Source of the DNA: Octopus sinensis
Lineage: Eukaryota
DNA: 64,000 bases
NCBI RefSeq assembly: GCF_006345805.1
Contig: NC_043004.1
Span: forward strand, 5,518,001 to 5,582,000
Direction: 5' to 3'
Shown: one piece after another, positions 12,520 through 24,789 of the stretch
How the letters are laid out: every line of letters starts with the position of its first letter
Numbering within the stretch: the first letter of the stretch is position 1
The notes under the pieces: model-generated
Told to the model about the DNA's origin: nothing
The model's input: the letters and a program-made list of their open reading frames with translations, nothing else
Database searches by the model: none
Made by a program: the position numbers and the translations under genes

Positions 12520-12959
12520 GAAATTATTATTATCATTATCTCAACTAACACTGCGGAATTCCTGAAGTAGATCCAACAGAAATAAACCCTGACTGCAGAT
12601 GACACCAGGTGATGCAAATCATGCCAGTACTCTACTCAACACCGCAACATATTTGTTGACATATACCAATTAGTTAAAAAATATTAAATATATATATATA
12701 TATATACTGTTAGATCTTACTCATAAGGTATTGGAATCTTACATTGTGTATAAACTCTATACTTGGAATGACCAATTTTAAATACTGTTGGATTTTACTC
12801 ATAAGGTATTGGAATTTTACATAAATACCATTCTGCCTAAAAAAATGGATCTACAAATTCAATACCCCTACATATCTCACATCTATTTTCCTTCCTCCAC
12901 CTCACTCTCTATTTTGTATCCTATCTAAATTAACTATTACTTAACTTTTCTCTCACACC

Positions 12960-13007
12960 GTCTCCGATGAAGGGATATAAAAAATATCCTGGAAACAGCT
13001 GTAAGAC
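12960..13007 (+). ncRNA. Minimal type-I hammerhead ribozyme-like fold (core variant CCGAUGA)
   Basis: GTCT-CCGATGA-A-GGGATAT(aaaaa)ATATCCT-G-GAAA-CAGCTG-TA-AGAC: stem I GTCT/AGAC, 7-bp stem II, palindromic stem III and a UA cleavage site. Confidence 0.65.
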
Positions 13008-13074
13008 CTTCTATCTATAAATGTTCTAAAATCTACTCAGCCTTGTTTTTTTTATCTCATTAAGAAAAAAAATT

Positions 13075-13108
<34 letters not shown>

Positions 13109-13974
13109 TGTATGTATGTATGTATATATGCATGTATGCATGCATGCATGTATGTATATATACTGTGTGTGAATAAAGAAAAAATATCTTCTGCAAGTCA
13201 TACCTTACCATCTTGAAAAGGACAGATTGGAAAATGTAGTCTACAGCAACACTATACCAAAGAAAAACAAAATGGTCTGAGCTGGGATGCCTTTGATCAT
13301 AGAACTTCTAAATCAGGGCAGTTCGAGGACAAAACAACAACAACAGCAAAAATAAAAGCAACTAAATGCAGACTGTGATATACAACAAACATTCACTCAT
13401 TAAAAAGCAACCGAATTGAAAAAAAAAAAAATTACATGTAACAAGACACTAGATACAGGAAGTATAGCAAAGGAAATGTTTATCAGAGCTGTGATGAAGC
13501 CATACTGAACTGAAGCTATTGCAAGATATGGTGTTGATATAAGAACAATAGTGCCACAAGGTGTTTGGTGAGGCTACAAGGCATTGGTTGAGTATTTGGT
13601 TTACTTTGGTAGAATTAAAGGCCAGAGTACAACTGTGTGACAATAGAGTTAATGAAGTTTGCTTTCTTTATTGGGTTGAGAGGGGTGAGGTGGGGACACT
13701 GATAGGGCTGATTGGTTAAATTCTGATCTGTATATTTTATATTAGTTTTTTTTTTCTTTTCCTTTTCTTTTGCATACTGCTCTTGTGTGTGTGTGTGAGA
13801 GAGAGCATGTTAGTGCATGTGTTTGTACACACATATGCTAAGGGAGTTTAGTAATGTCAGAGCATATACAAGAACTCTTGCTTCCTTTCTCACACATAAC
13901 CACACACATGTGAGCAAGTGTGTGTGTATATATATATATATACACACACACACACCTGCTCACAAACACATGTA

Positions 13975-14005
<31 letters not shown>

Positions 14006-14075
14006 ATGTATATATATATGTATATATATACACACACACACACACACACATACATATATATATATACACACACAT

Positions 14076-14128
<53 letters not shown>

Positions 14129-14129
14129 C

Positions 14130-14325
14130 CATCCTCATCATCATTTAAAGTCTGCTTTGGCACAAGTTGGATGGTTTGACAGGAGCTGGTACATGAGAAG
14201 GCTGTGTCAAGCTCTCTTGTCTATGTTGGTATGATTTCTACAGCTGGATGCCCTTCCTAAAACTTTCTAGAGTGTACTGGGTGCTTTTTATGTGGCACCA
14301 GCACAGGTGAGATCACCAAGTAACT
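14130..14325 (-). mobile_element. RTE 3' tail copy
   Basis: catcatcatttaaagtctgc...ctacagctggatgcccttcctaa. Confidence 0.75.
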
Positions 14326-14539
14326 TGCATGGCAAGACTCCCACCTCAACTGAGGAGGTTGGATTTGTGCCAAATGATGAAAAGTTAGAGTGTGATAGAG
14401 GTACAGAAATAGGTATCTTGCAGTAGAGATGACACATGGCTACCCTATTTGGGAAAAGAGGAAGGAAAGGAGAGAAGAAGAGGAAAAGAGAGAGAGAGAC
14501 AATTTGCACTTGTGTTACTTGCCCATAAGAAATCTGGCT

Positions 14540-15700
14540 GAGGCTACCTTCCATCTAATCACTTATACACAGTACACATCTGTCCATCTTTACACCAACA
14601 TGTCTACAATCTCTTCTGACTTACTTTTCATAACACTAGCATTTGTGGTTGCCCTGAAGTTTTGTGTGTGCTAGTTTTGTTTTGTGTGGTACGTAAATTG
14701 TTGTTTGATGTATGTTTTCTGTTTCTGAAGAGAAGAGAATCTGTGCAAACATTTGCTGATGGATAAAAGCAGTTGTGTAGTTAGAGGAGGCTGAGGAGAA
14801 GCAGTCTGCCCCAGACAATATTTTTTATGGGGATGTACTTTTGAGTCTGCTGTATAAACCTGTATCAGCTTGGAGGCTTGGGGGTTAGAGCATCATATAC
14901 AGGGCCTGCTTGGACGGCACACACTTTAACAATATTTTTGGGTAAAGGATTTTCACGCTTAACCAGGTGTTTCACCTGACTCTATGTAGATCAGAAAGAG
15001 ATTACTGTAGCTCTGTTTATGCAATTAATGTTTTTCATTGATTTAACAGTCCTGATTTTTTGGCTTGTTATTTCACTTAGATGTGTTTTTTTTTATACCA
15101 CCTCACAACAAATGATGGATTAAATTTTATCATGCCTTCAGCACTTGAGGTTCTTTTTTTTTTCAGTCAGAACTCTGCTCTGTGTTAGTTCTTATTCAGC
15201 ATTGTTGCTCTCCTAGAAAAGTTTTTTTCACAATGTGGTTTATGGAAACCACACCTTATCCATGTAGAATTTTCAGAGCTTATGCTCTTCTTGGGTTGGG
15301 GTTTCCTCTATTATGGCTCACATGCTTACATCTCTCTGTAATCCAGTTGAGGGTGCTGAAAGTGTAAAGTCAAGTAAGGTGGTAGTGGGGGTGTTTATGG
15401 GAGGCTGTTAGTTTTGTTTGTAATGTATGGATTCCCTCGAAACGGAAAAGGAATGAATTCATTATATTAAGAGGGGGATGGAGTGAGGTGTACAGAAAAC
15501 TGGCTGTGTCAGTAATTAATGTAATGAGGAAGGGGGTGGGGAGTGGATATTGGAATGTATAAATTCCTAGGAGTGGAAAAGGTAGGGGAGAGGCTTACAG
15601 TACATTGGCAGGTTGTAATAAACGAAGAGCAGCTAACTGGTTGTAATGATATTGGGTAGGGGTGAGACGGAAGGGTAACCCACACAACTTGTTCTAACAA
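14540..15700 (-). mobile_element. Possible highly degraded Penelope-like ORF
   Basis: Minus-strand fragments CPSRPCI*C, IKQQFTYHTK and HFQHPQ...KSIS resemble the Penelope RT C-terminus and the Cys-containing linker before GIY-YIG; weak and read by eye. Confidence 0.35.
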
Positions 15701-15785
15701 AGTTTGCAAAGGTTTATTTGCCTAATGGGCTTTTACTCTATAACTACATCTAAGCAGCAGCAGCAGTAGCAGCAGCCAAAACTGC

Positions 15786-15897
15786 TTAACCCTTTTGTTA
15801 CCATATTTCTGTTGAGATGTTCCGTGCTTCTTTAATATAATTAAGAATTTAGTAAAATAACTTAGTTATCACTAAGCTAGTGTTAGGAACATAAAAA
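15786..15897 (-). mobile_element. piggyBac-like MITE, partial
   Basis: TTAA-cccttttgttaccatatttctgttgagatg is the reverse complement of the end of the 19601-19821 element. Confidence 0.8.
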
Positions 15898-16200
15898 GCA
15901 CCATCTGAATGTGGCTGATGTCAGTACTTCCTGACTAACTCCCATGCTGGTGGCACATAAAAAGCACTATCTGAACATGATTGATGCCAGGACCACCAGA
16001 CTGGCTCCTGTGTCAGTGGCACATAAAAAGCACCCACTACACTCTTGGAGTGGTTGGCGTAAAGGAAAGGCGTCCAACTTTAGAAACATTGCCAGATCAG
16101 ATTGGAGCCTGGTGCTGCCACTGGCTTTCCAATCCTCAGTCACACCGTTCAACCCATGCAGGCATGGAAAACGGATGTTAAATGATGATGATGATGATGA
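15897..16200 (+). mobile_element. RTE 3' tail copy
   Basis: ggtggcacataaaaagcac units followed by ...aacccatgcaggcatggaaaacggatgttaaatgatgatgat. Confidence 0.85.
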
Positions 16201-16319
16201 TAATGATAAAAAAAAGAGGACTGGGTGCAGTCTAATGTCTGAAACAAGTAAAAGATAAAAGATAAAGATGTGTCTTATCTTATCTTAAGTACATATAAAT
16301 ATATTTGTATTAATTCCAC

Positions 16320-16440
16320 TGAGTGGTGACTTTGCTTTTCATCTTTTCTAGGTCGATAAAATAAGTACCAATTGAGCACTGGGGGTCAATGTAATAGACT
16401 TGCCCCCTCCCCTGAACTTACTGGCCTTGTGCCGAAATTT
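16320..16440 (+). mobile_element. SINE family C fragment
   Basis: gactttgcttttcatc...gtcgataaaataagtacc...ggggtcaatgtaatagact. Confidence 0.7.
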
Positions 16441-16775
16441 GGTGCCAGTGGCACATAAAAAGCACCATTCGAGCATAGTTGATGCCAGTGCCGCATGATT
16501 AGCTCCTGTGCCGGTGACATGTAAAAGGCACCATTCAAATGTGCTCAATGTCTGTACTGCCTGACTGGCCCTCATGTTGGTGGCACATAAAAAGCACACA
16601 CTACACTCTCGGAGTGGTTGGTGTTAGGAAGGGCATCCAGCTACACAAGCATTGCCAGATCAGATTGGAGCCTGGTACAGCCTTCTGGCTTGCCAGCCCT
16701 CAGTTAAGCCGTCCAACCCATGCCAGCATGGAAAGCAGACATTAAATGATGATGATAATGATGATGATGATAGAA
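16440..16775 (+). mobile_element. RTE 3' tail copy
   Basis: Three gtgcc-N3-ggcac units, then the conserved terminus and (GAT)n. Confidence 0.85.
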
Positions 16776-17264
16776 GTGAAATACATACATAGATACTACT
16801 AATGATACCTATCATCATCATCATCATCAACCTCTGGACATTATTGTCTCAACTCCTAGGATTTGCAGAGGTGGTTACCCACTTTCCATGGAGTATAAAT
16901 GACCATGACTACAACATTCCCCTTGAATGGCATGAGAGTCTATCACAGGGATATTTATTTACAGTTGACTGGACTGGATCCATGTGAAAAGGAGTTTTTT
17001 GCCAAGGAACACAATGCACTGCCTGGCCTAAGAATTGAAATCGCTATCATGTAATCATGAGTGCAACATCTTAACCACTAAGCCATACTCTTTCACTTCC
17101 TCTTCGAGACAGTAAGTAAATTTTTTTTAAAATCCCGTGTCAAACACAATGGTGGCTTTTAGGTTCTGTATAAGTGGTTGGTGGTTAGTCCTCATTACTC
17201 TGTTTCCTGGTTTCTCTGGCATTTACATTCCAGTTTCCTGGTTTCTCTGGCATTTATATTCCTC

Positions 17265-17405
17265 CTTTTTACCAGCTGAGCGGACTGGAGCAACATGAAA
17301 TGAAGTGTTCTACTCAAAAATACAACACATCACCCAGTCCAGAAATCCAAACCACAATCTTACAATCACGAGTCTAACACCCTAACCTCTAAGCCATGTG
17401 TCTCC
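17265..17405 (-). mobile_element. SINE family B, 5' half
   Basis: ccagctgagcggactggagcaacatgaaatgaagtg...aaccctaacctctaagccat. Confidence 0.7.
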
Positions 17406-17957
17406 ACATAGTATATTAAATGAATCTAAACAATTATTTTTTAAACCATTGGACAAAGCCCTGAATATCTGTTATTTAAATCATGGTCCAGGAATCAAAA
17501 CCACAATCTTGCAATCATGTCTGCAACACCCAAACCACAAGGTCATGTGGCTTCACCCTAATACATAGATATGTATTTGATAACTGTTTTTAATTTAACC
17601 ATGAGGTCAGGAATTTTCATGAGATGGGAGGAGTTAATACTGTCACGAGTTGTAGTGTTGTTGTTGTTGTGGTTGTTGGCTGATCTGAGTTGACGACTCG
17701 TATTTCTAGGGTCATGTGAAGAAATAACTGACAACACATTACTGCACATAGAGTTTTAACAGTGTTGGTCTTTTACAAATACTAACCAGTAATAATTAAA
17801 TATTGTGAGAGGGGAACTGCTTGGAGTTTACAAGTTTACTAATACAGCAATTTGTGACTGACCCATCGTGACTGGAAAATAATTGTGTTATATTCGTGGA
17901 GATGTAAATTCGTATCTACTATTAGCCATCTGTCTTAACTGGCTGGATGTGGCAAGA

Positions 17958-18192
17958 CAAGAGACGAGCTGGCAGAAACGTTAGCATGCTGGGCGAAATG
18001 CTGAGCAGTATTTCGTTTGCCGCTACGTTCTGAGTTCAAATTCCACTGAGGTTGACTTTGCCTTTCATCCTTTTGGGGTCGATTAAATAAGTACCCGTTA
18101 CACACTGGGGTCGATATAATCGACTTAATCCGTTTGTTTGTCCTTGTTTGTCCCCTCTGTGTGTAGCCCCTTGTGGGCAGTAAAGAAATAAG
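17958..18192 (+). mobile_element. tRNA-derived SINE family C
   Basis: gagctggcagaaacgttagc head, B box gagttcaaattcc, central gactttgcctttcatcc, tail agccccttgtgggcagtaaagaaata. Confidence 0.9.
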
Positions 18193-18875
18193 ACAGGAGG
18201 CACATGTGGCTGCCTCAGCATTCTGCTATTACCGTTAAAAGCCACCATTTTATAGGGCATGATTCTAGAAGATTGAATCATGCAATGGGTTAATGCTGAT
18301 ACAATGGGTTAATGCTTAATACACCAATTACTTGAAACAACTGGTTTAATTGTGATGTCTGGTTGGCCACCTAGTGGTTCAGATTCAAATCACTGCTACA
18401 ATATCATTGTATTTAGTGTTTAGCTGGTACATTATCTTATCAATCCTGAAGATGAAAAGCAAAGTGACCTGAGTAAGGGTTTGAAATGAGAATGTAAAGA
18501 GCTGGAATACAAATACTATTATTGGTTTTATCTATTCTACATCTCTGAATGTCTGTTTAATAGCTTCTTCCAGATGTGACCTTCTTGTTTTAAAGGTAGC
18601 CATGAAGTGCTGGATTGACCATTATCCAAAAGAAGCACATGCTTAGAGAAGTGGGGCACCACAGAAATAGTAAATGGTTTACAACACAAAAGAAATCACT
18701 TTAAACTTGTTAAAATGATATCCAAAGTGGTTTATTGATCAGAAATATAATTTCGTGTTGATGGTGAAGATCTGACCAAAGATTTCGTAAAGTTGGAGAA
18801 AACATTATTTTCCATCTCACTGTTAGTTTTGTTTGATTTTGAAAAATGAAAATATATTTTATGGTTTATTATTGT

Positions 18876-19035
18876 GAGTGGCTGTGTGGTAAGTAGCTTG
18901 CTAACCAACCACATGGTTCCGGGTTCAGTCCCTCTGCATGGCATCTTGGGCAAGTGTCTTCTGCTATAGCCCCAGGCCGACCAATGCCTTGTGAGTGGAT
19001 TTGGTAGACGGAAACTGAAAGAAGCCTGTTGTATG

Positions 19036-19075
<40 letters not shown>

Positions 19076-19275
19076 AGTTTGTCACCCTAGCATTGCTTGA
19101 CAACCGATGCTGGTGTGTTTACGTCCCCGTCACTTAGCGGTTTGGCAAAAGAGACCGATAGAATAAGTACTGGGCTTACAAAGAATAAGTCCTGGGGTCG
19201 ATTTGCTCGACTAAAGGTGGTGCTCCAGCATGGCCGCAGTCAAATGACTGAAACAAGTAAAAGAATAAAAGAATA
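18876..19275 (+). mobile_element. tRNA-derived SINE family A (CORE-like) with internal microsatellite
   Basis: A box tggctgtgtggt, B box ggttcagtcc, CORE-like cttgggcaagtg, tail gactgaaacaagtaaaagaataaaag. Confidence 0.9.
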
Positions 19276-19297
19276 TATGGCAGCACCATATATTTAA

Positions 19298-19519
19298 CGT
19301 GTTTAAATACCAGACCGCTTGAAACCACCTCTGTCTCTTTAGTACAAATGTCTTGTTTTCATAAGTCTTGAATTAAAATCTTCCACCAACCTTAATCACA
19401 ATTTATGTTCCTAACACTAGCTGAATGATAACTAAGTTATTTTACTAAATTCTTTGATATACTTGAAATTAATTGAAAGAAACTCAGAGCATCTCAACAG
19501 AAATATGGTAACAAAAGTG
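19298..19519 (+). mobile_element. piggyBac-like MITE, older copy
   Basis: TTAA at 19294-97 and 19520-23; body highly similar to 19601-19821. Confidence 0.75.
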
Positions 19520-19600
19520 TTAAATGTGGTAATATGGTAACATTTTAATACTCTCTGTATTAAATATGGTAACATTGTTACCATATTTGACTTGTATTAA

Positions 19601-19821
19601 CCCTTTTGATACCAACCCGTCTGAATCCGCCTCTGGCTTTGAGTACAAATGTCTTGTTTTCATAAGTTTTGAATTAAAATCTTGCCCCAAACCTTCATCA
19701 CAATTAATGTTCTTAACACTAGTTTAATGATAACTAAGTTATTTTACTAAATTCTTTGATATATTTAAAATTAATTGAAAGCAACACAGAGCATCTCAAG
19801 AGAAATATGGTAACGAAAGGG
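19601..19821 (+). mobile_element. piggyBac-like MITE
   Basis: TTAA|cccttttgatacc ... ggtaacgaaaggg|TTAA: CCC-start TIRs with a TTAA target duplication. Confidence 0.88.
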
Positions 19822-20030
19822 TTAAGGGCCCCTATGAGTCTAAATTGGCCCTGTAGCCATGGTTACATTATCCAGTGCATGTTTGTACTTCTAAGACAAC
19901 AAAGGGTAACTCAATGGGATTTAGCTTCTATAGCTAATAAGTCGATGACCACATAAACTTTCACTCGTTATTTTAACGAATTTTGTAAAGGTTTGTTTGC
20001 TTAACAGGATTTTAGTCTAGACTAGAAATT

Positions 20031-20034
20031 AGCA

Positions 20035-20073
<39 letters not shown>
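20031..20073. repeat. (CAG)n microsatellite
   Basis: Directly visible. Confidence 0.9.
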
Positions 20074-20074
<1 letters not shown>

Positions 20075-20144
20075 CGCTGTTTAAGGAGTATTAATTACAG
20101 CATAGTTTCTAATAAAACAAATAAATAATAATTTGCTTTTCCTA

Positions 20145-20585
<441 letters not shown>

Positions 20586-20832
20586 ATAATTATATGGTTA
20601 ATGGACAATATGTCCAATTTTTCGGCATATTTGGCATTAGAAATTTTTTCCTTTGCCCTCAGTTATGAATTGTTTATAAATTTAACCGTTAAAGGTATTT
20701 TTTAATATGCTGGCCATTGAGGAAATTTTTTTCGAGAAAATATATATTTTTTTTTTCGAAAAGAATTTTATCCTCACATTTGATATATATATATATACAT
20801 ATATATATACATATATATACATATATATATAC

Positions 20833-20881
<49 letters not shown>

Positions 20882-20885
20882 CATA

Positions 20886-21219
20886 AAAAGGGGTAAAGAC
20901 CCCCTTCGGTCATGAGTGACCATGGGTTTGCACCTAGAGAGTTACCCTCTGAAGCACAAGTCTGGGCAAGGTTGTTTTATGGAAGACCAGTAGTCGCCCA
21001 TGCATACCGGCCTCCCCTCTCCACGCCACCAGTGTTATCCAAGGGAAAGACAAAGGTCGATACAGCTTGGCACCTGTGACGTCGCAACTCATTTCTACAG
21101 CTGAGTGAACTGGAGCAACGTGAAATAAAGTGTCTTGCTCAAGAACACAACACGCAGCCCGGTCCGGGATTCGAGCTCACAACCTCACGATCGTAAGCTC
21201 GACGCTCTAACCACTGAGC

Positions 21220-21222
<3 letters not shown>
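20886..21222 (-). mobile_element. tRNA-derived SINE family B2
   Basis: Reverse complement of 26188-26510; A box TGGCTCAGTGG. Confidence 0.92.
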
Positions 21223-21306
<84 letters not shown>

Positions 21307-21508
21307 GTTATATATATATGTATATATATATATGTATCTATATATTATATATCTATATATGGATATATATATATGTATATAATATATGTATATTATATAT
21401 ATATGTATATATATATATATGTATATATATATATGTATATATATATATATGTATGTATATATATATATGTATATATATATATAAATGTATGTATATATAT
21501 ATAGTATG

Positions 21509-21555
<47 letters not shown>

Positions 21556-21631
21556 GTATATATATTATATATATATATATTATATATATATATATGTATG
21601 TATATATATTATGTATTATATATATTATATA

Positions 21632-21862
21632 TCTTTACTACCCACAAGGGGCTAAACCACAGAGGGGACAAACAAGGACAGACAAAGGGATTAAGTCGAC
21701 TACATCGACCCCAGTACGTAACTGGTACTTAATTTATCGACCCCGAAAGGATGAAAGGCAAAGTCGACCTCGGCGGAATTTGAACCGGAACGTAACGACA
21801 GACGAAATACGGCTACGAATTTCGCACCGGCGTGCTAACGTTTCTACCAGCTCGCCGCCTTA
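21632..21862 (-). mobile_element. SINE family C
   Basis: Full length; reverse complement of 58650-58890. Confidence 0.92.
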
Positions 21863-21920
21863 TATATATGTATGTATATATATATATATAGATGTATGTA
21901 TATATATATATATATGTATG

Positions 21921-21953
<33 letters not shown>

Positions 21954-22404
21954 ATATATATATGTATGTATATATAAATATTATTGTATATATATATATA
22001 GATATATATGTATGTATATATATATATATATATATGTATGTATATATATATCTATATATATATATATATGAAAATAAATATAAGAGAGTGGTCACTATAT
22101 GGCTCATATATGTATGTATATTATATATATATGTATGTATATAAATATATGTATATATATATATATATGTATGTATATATATATGTATATATATATATGT
22201 ATATGTATATATATATATGTATATATATATATGTATGTTATATATATATGTATGTATATATATATGTATATATATATATGTATGTATTATATATATATAT
22301 GTATATATATATATGTATATATATATGTATGTATATATATATATGTATATATATATATATGTATATATATATGTATATATATATATGTATGTATATATAT
22401 ATAT

Positions 22405-24050
22405 ATCATCATCATCATCATCATCGTTTAACGTCCGTTTTCCGCGCTAGCACGGGTTGGACGGTTCGACCGGGGTCTGGGGAGCCAGGGGCTGCCCCAG
22501 GCTCCAGTCTGATCTGGCAGTGTTTCTACAGCTGGATGCCCTTCCTAACGCCAACCACTCTGCGAGTGTAGTGGGTGCTTTTTACGTGCCACCTGCACAG
22601 GTGCCAGAGGGGTCTGGCATCGGCCACGATCAGTTGGTGCTTTTTTTTTTTTTTTTTTTTTTGGTGCTGCCGGCACAGAAGCCAGTCAAGGCCGTGCTGG
22701 CATCGGTCACGTTCGGATGTTGCTTTTTATGTGCCACCGGCACAGAACCCATTCGTGGCGAGGTTGGCATCGGTCACGCTCGGATGGTGCCTTTTATGTG
22801 CCACCGGCACAGAAGCCAGTGGAGGCTGCACTGGCGACGGCCACGTTCAGATGGTGCTTTTTATGTGTCACCGGCACAGGTATCACAGCTACTACTGTTT
22901 CCATTGATATTTGGTTCGATGTTCATGTACAGGTCTCCTCAAGCACAGCGAGATGTTCCGGGATCCCACGATCGGTTGGTGCTTTTTAAGCCAGTCGGGG
23001 CGGTGCTGGCATCGGCTACGTTCGGACATTGCTTTTTATGTGCCACCGGCACAGAAGCCATTCGAAGCGGGGTTGGCATCGGTCACGTTCGGATGGTGCT
23101 TTTTATGTGTCACCGGCACAGGTATCACAACTACTGTTTCCATTGATATTTGGTTCGATATTCATGTGCCACCAGCACAGAAGCCAGTGGAGGCTGCACT
23201 GGCAACGGCCTCGTTCGGACGGTGCTTTATATGTGTCACCGGCACAGGTATCACAACTACTGTTTCCATTGATATTTGGTTTGATATTCATGTGCCACCG
23301 GCACAGAAGCCATTCGAGGCGGGGTTGGCATCGGTCACGTTCGGATGGTGCTTTTTATGTGCCACCGGCACAGAAGCCAGTGGAGGCTTCACTGGCGACG
23401 GCCACGATCAGATGGTGCTTTCTATGTGTCACCGGCACAGGTATCACAATTACTGTTTCCATTGATATTTGGTTCGATGTTCATGTATATGCACTTGACT
23501 TGACAGGTCTCCTCAAGCACAGCGAGATGTTCCGGGATCCAAGGTACTTTGGATGGGCAGGGGGTATGCGGAACTGGTGCCGGGAGCATCCCGGGTCTTA
23601 GTAATCACAGCACATCTCCAGAGGTCTCGGTCCTTCGCCATTGCCTCAGTGAGGCCCAACGCTCTGAGGTCATGCTTGACTACCTCATCCCATGTCTTCC
23701 TGGGTTTTACCTCTCCCCCTGATTCCTTCAACTGTTCGGGAGTGGCACTTCTTCACACATCTCTCCTCATCCATCCGCAGTACATGACCATACCATCGCA
23801 AGCGTCGCTCTTGCACACCGCATCTGATGCTTCTTATGCCTAGCATTTCTCTCAGGGTGCTTACACTCTGTCGTGCATTCACACTGACATTACACATCCA
23901 GCGGATCATGCTAGCTTCGTTTCTTTCAAGTCCACGCATGTCCTCTGCAGTCATGGCCCATGTTTCACTGCCGTGAAGCATGGCAGTTCGCACACATGCA
24001 TCATACAATCTACCTTTCACTCTGAGTGAGAGACCCTTTGTCGCCAGTAT
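22405..24050 (-). mobile_element. RTE LINE 3' portion with expanded 3'UTR array
   Basis: ORFs 23685-24020 (KGRLYDACVRTAMLHGSETW...RRLRWYGHVLRM) and 23513-23731; (CAT)n tail at 22405. Confidence 0.93.
22573..23440. repeat. Array of 12 GTG(C/T)CACCGGCACAG hairpin motifs, mostly 59/67-bp period
   Basis: Motif ends counted at 22600, 22678, 22745, 22812, 22879, 23054, 23121, 23180, 23247, 23306, 23373 and 23440. Confidence 0.9.
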
Positions 24051-24522
24051 ATGTATGTATATATATATATATGTATGTATATATATATATGTATGTATTA
24101 TATATATATGTATGTATATATATATGTATGTATTATATATAATATGTATGTTATATATAGATATATATATATATATGTATGGATATATATATATATATTG
24201 TATGGATATATATATATCTAATATATATATATATATATATGTATGTTATATATATATATGTATATATGTATGTATATTATATATATGTATATATGTATGT
24301 AAGATATATATATATTATGTATATATGTATGTATAATATATTATGTATAGATATATGTATATTATATTGTATATATTATGTATATATATATATGTATATA
24401 GGTATGTATATATTATATATATATAATATATATGTATGTATATATATATTGTATATATGTATATATATATATATAGTTATATTTATGTATATATATATAT
24501 TATATTATATAATGTATATATT

Positions 24523-24562
<40 letters not shown>

Positions 24563-24789
24563 TATTATGTATATATATATATATGTATATATGTGGTATA
24601 TATATATATATGTATATATGTATGTATATATATTTATGATATGTATGTATATATATATATATGTATATATTTAATGTATGTATATATATATATATGTAAT
24701 ATTTATGTATATATATATATGAATAAATCCTTAAATCCTTAAAAATGTTTTAGCCCGAAGGCTGCGGCCATGCTGGGGCACCACCGCTG

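Noticed and set aside
18732-18830. Protein-like frame MENNVFSNFTKSLVRSSPSTRNYISDQ
   Set aside because: Short, with a weak acceptor and no homology recognised.
22573-23440. CRISPR array interpretation
   Set aside because: The spacers are three recurring types rather than unique, there are no cas genes, the context is eukaryotic, and the array lies within a LINE 3'UTR.
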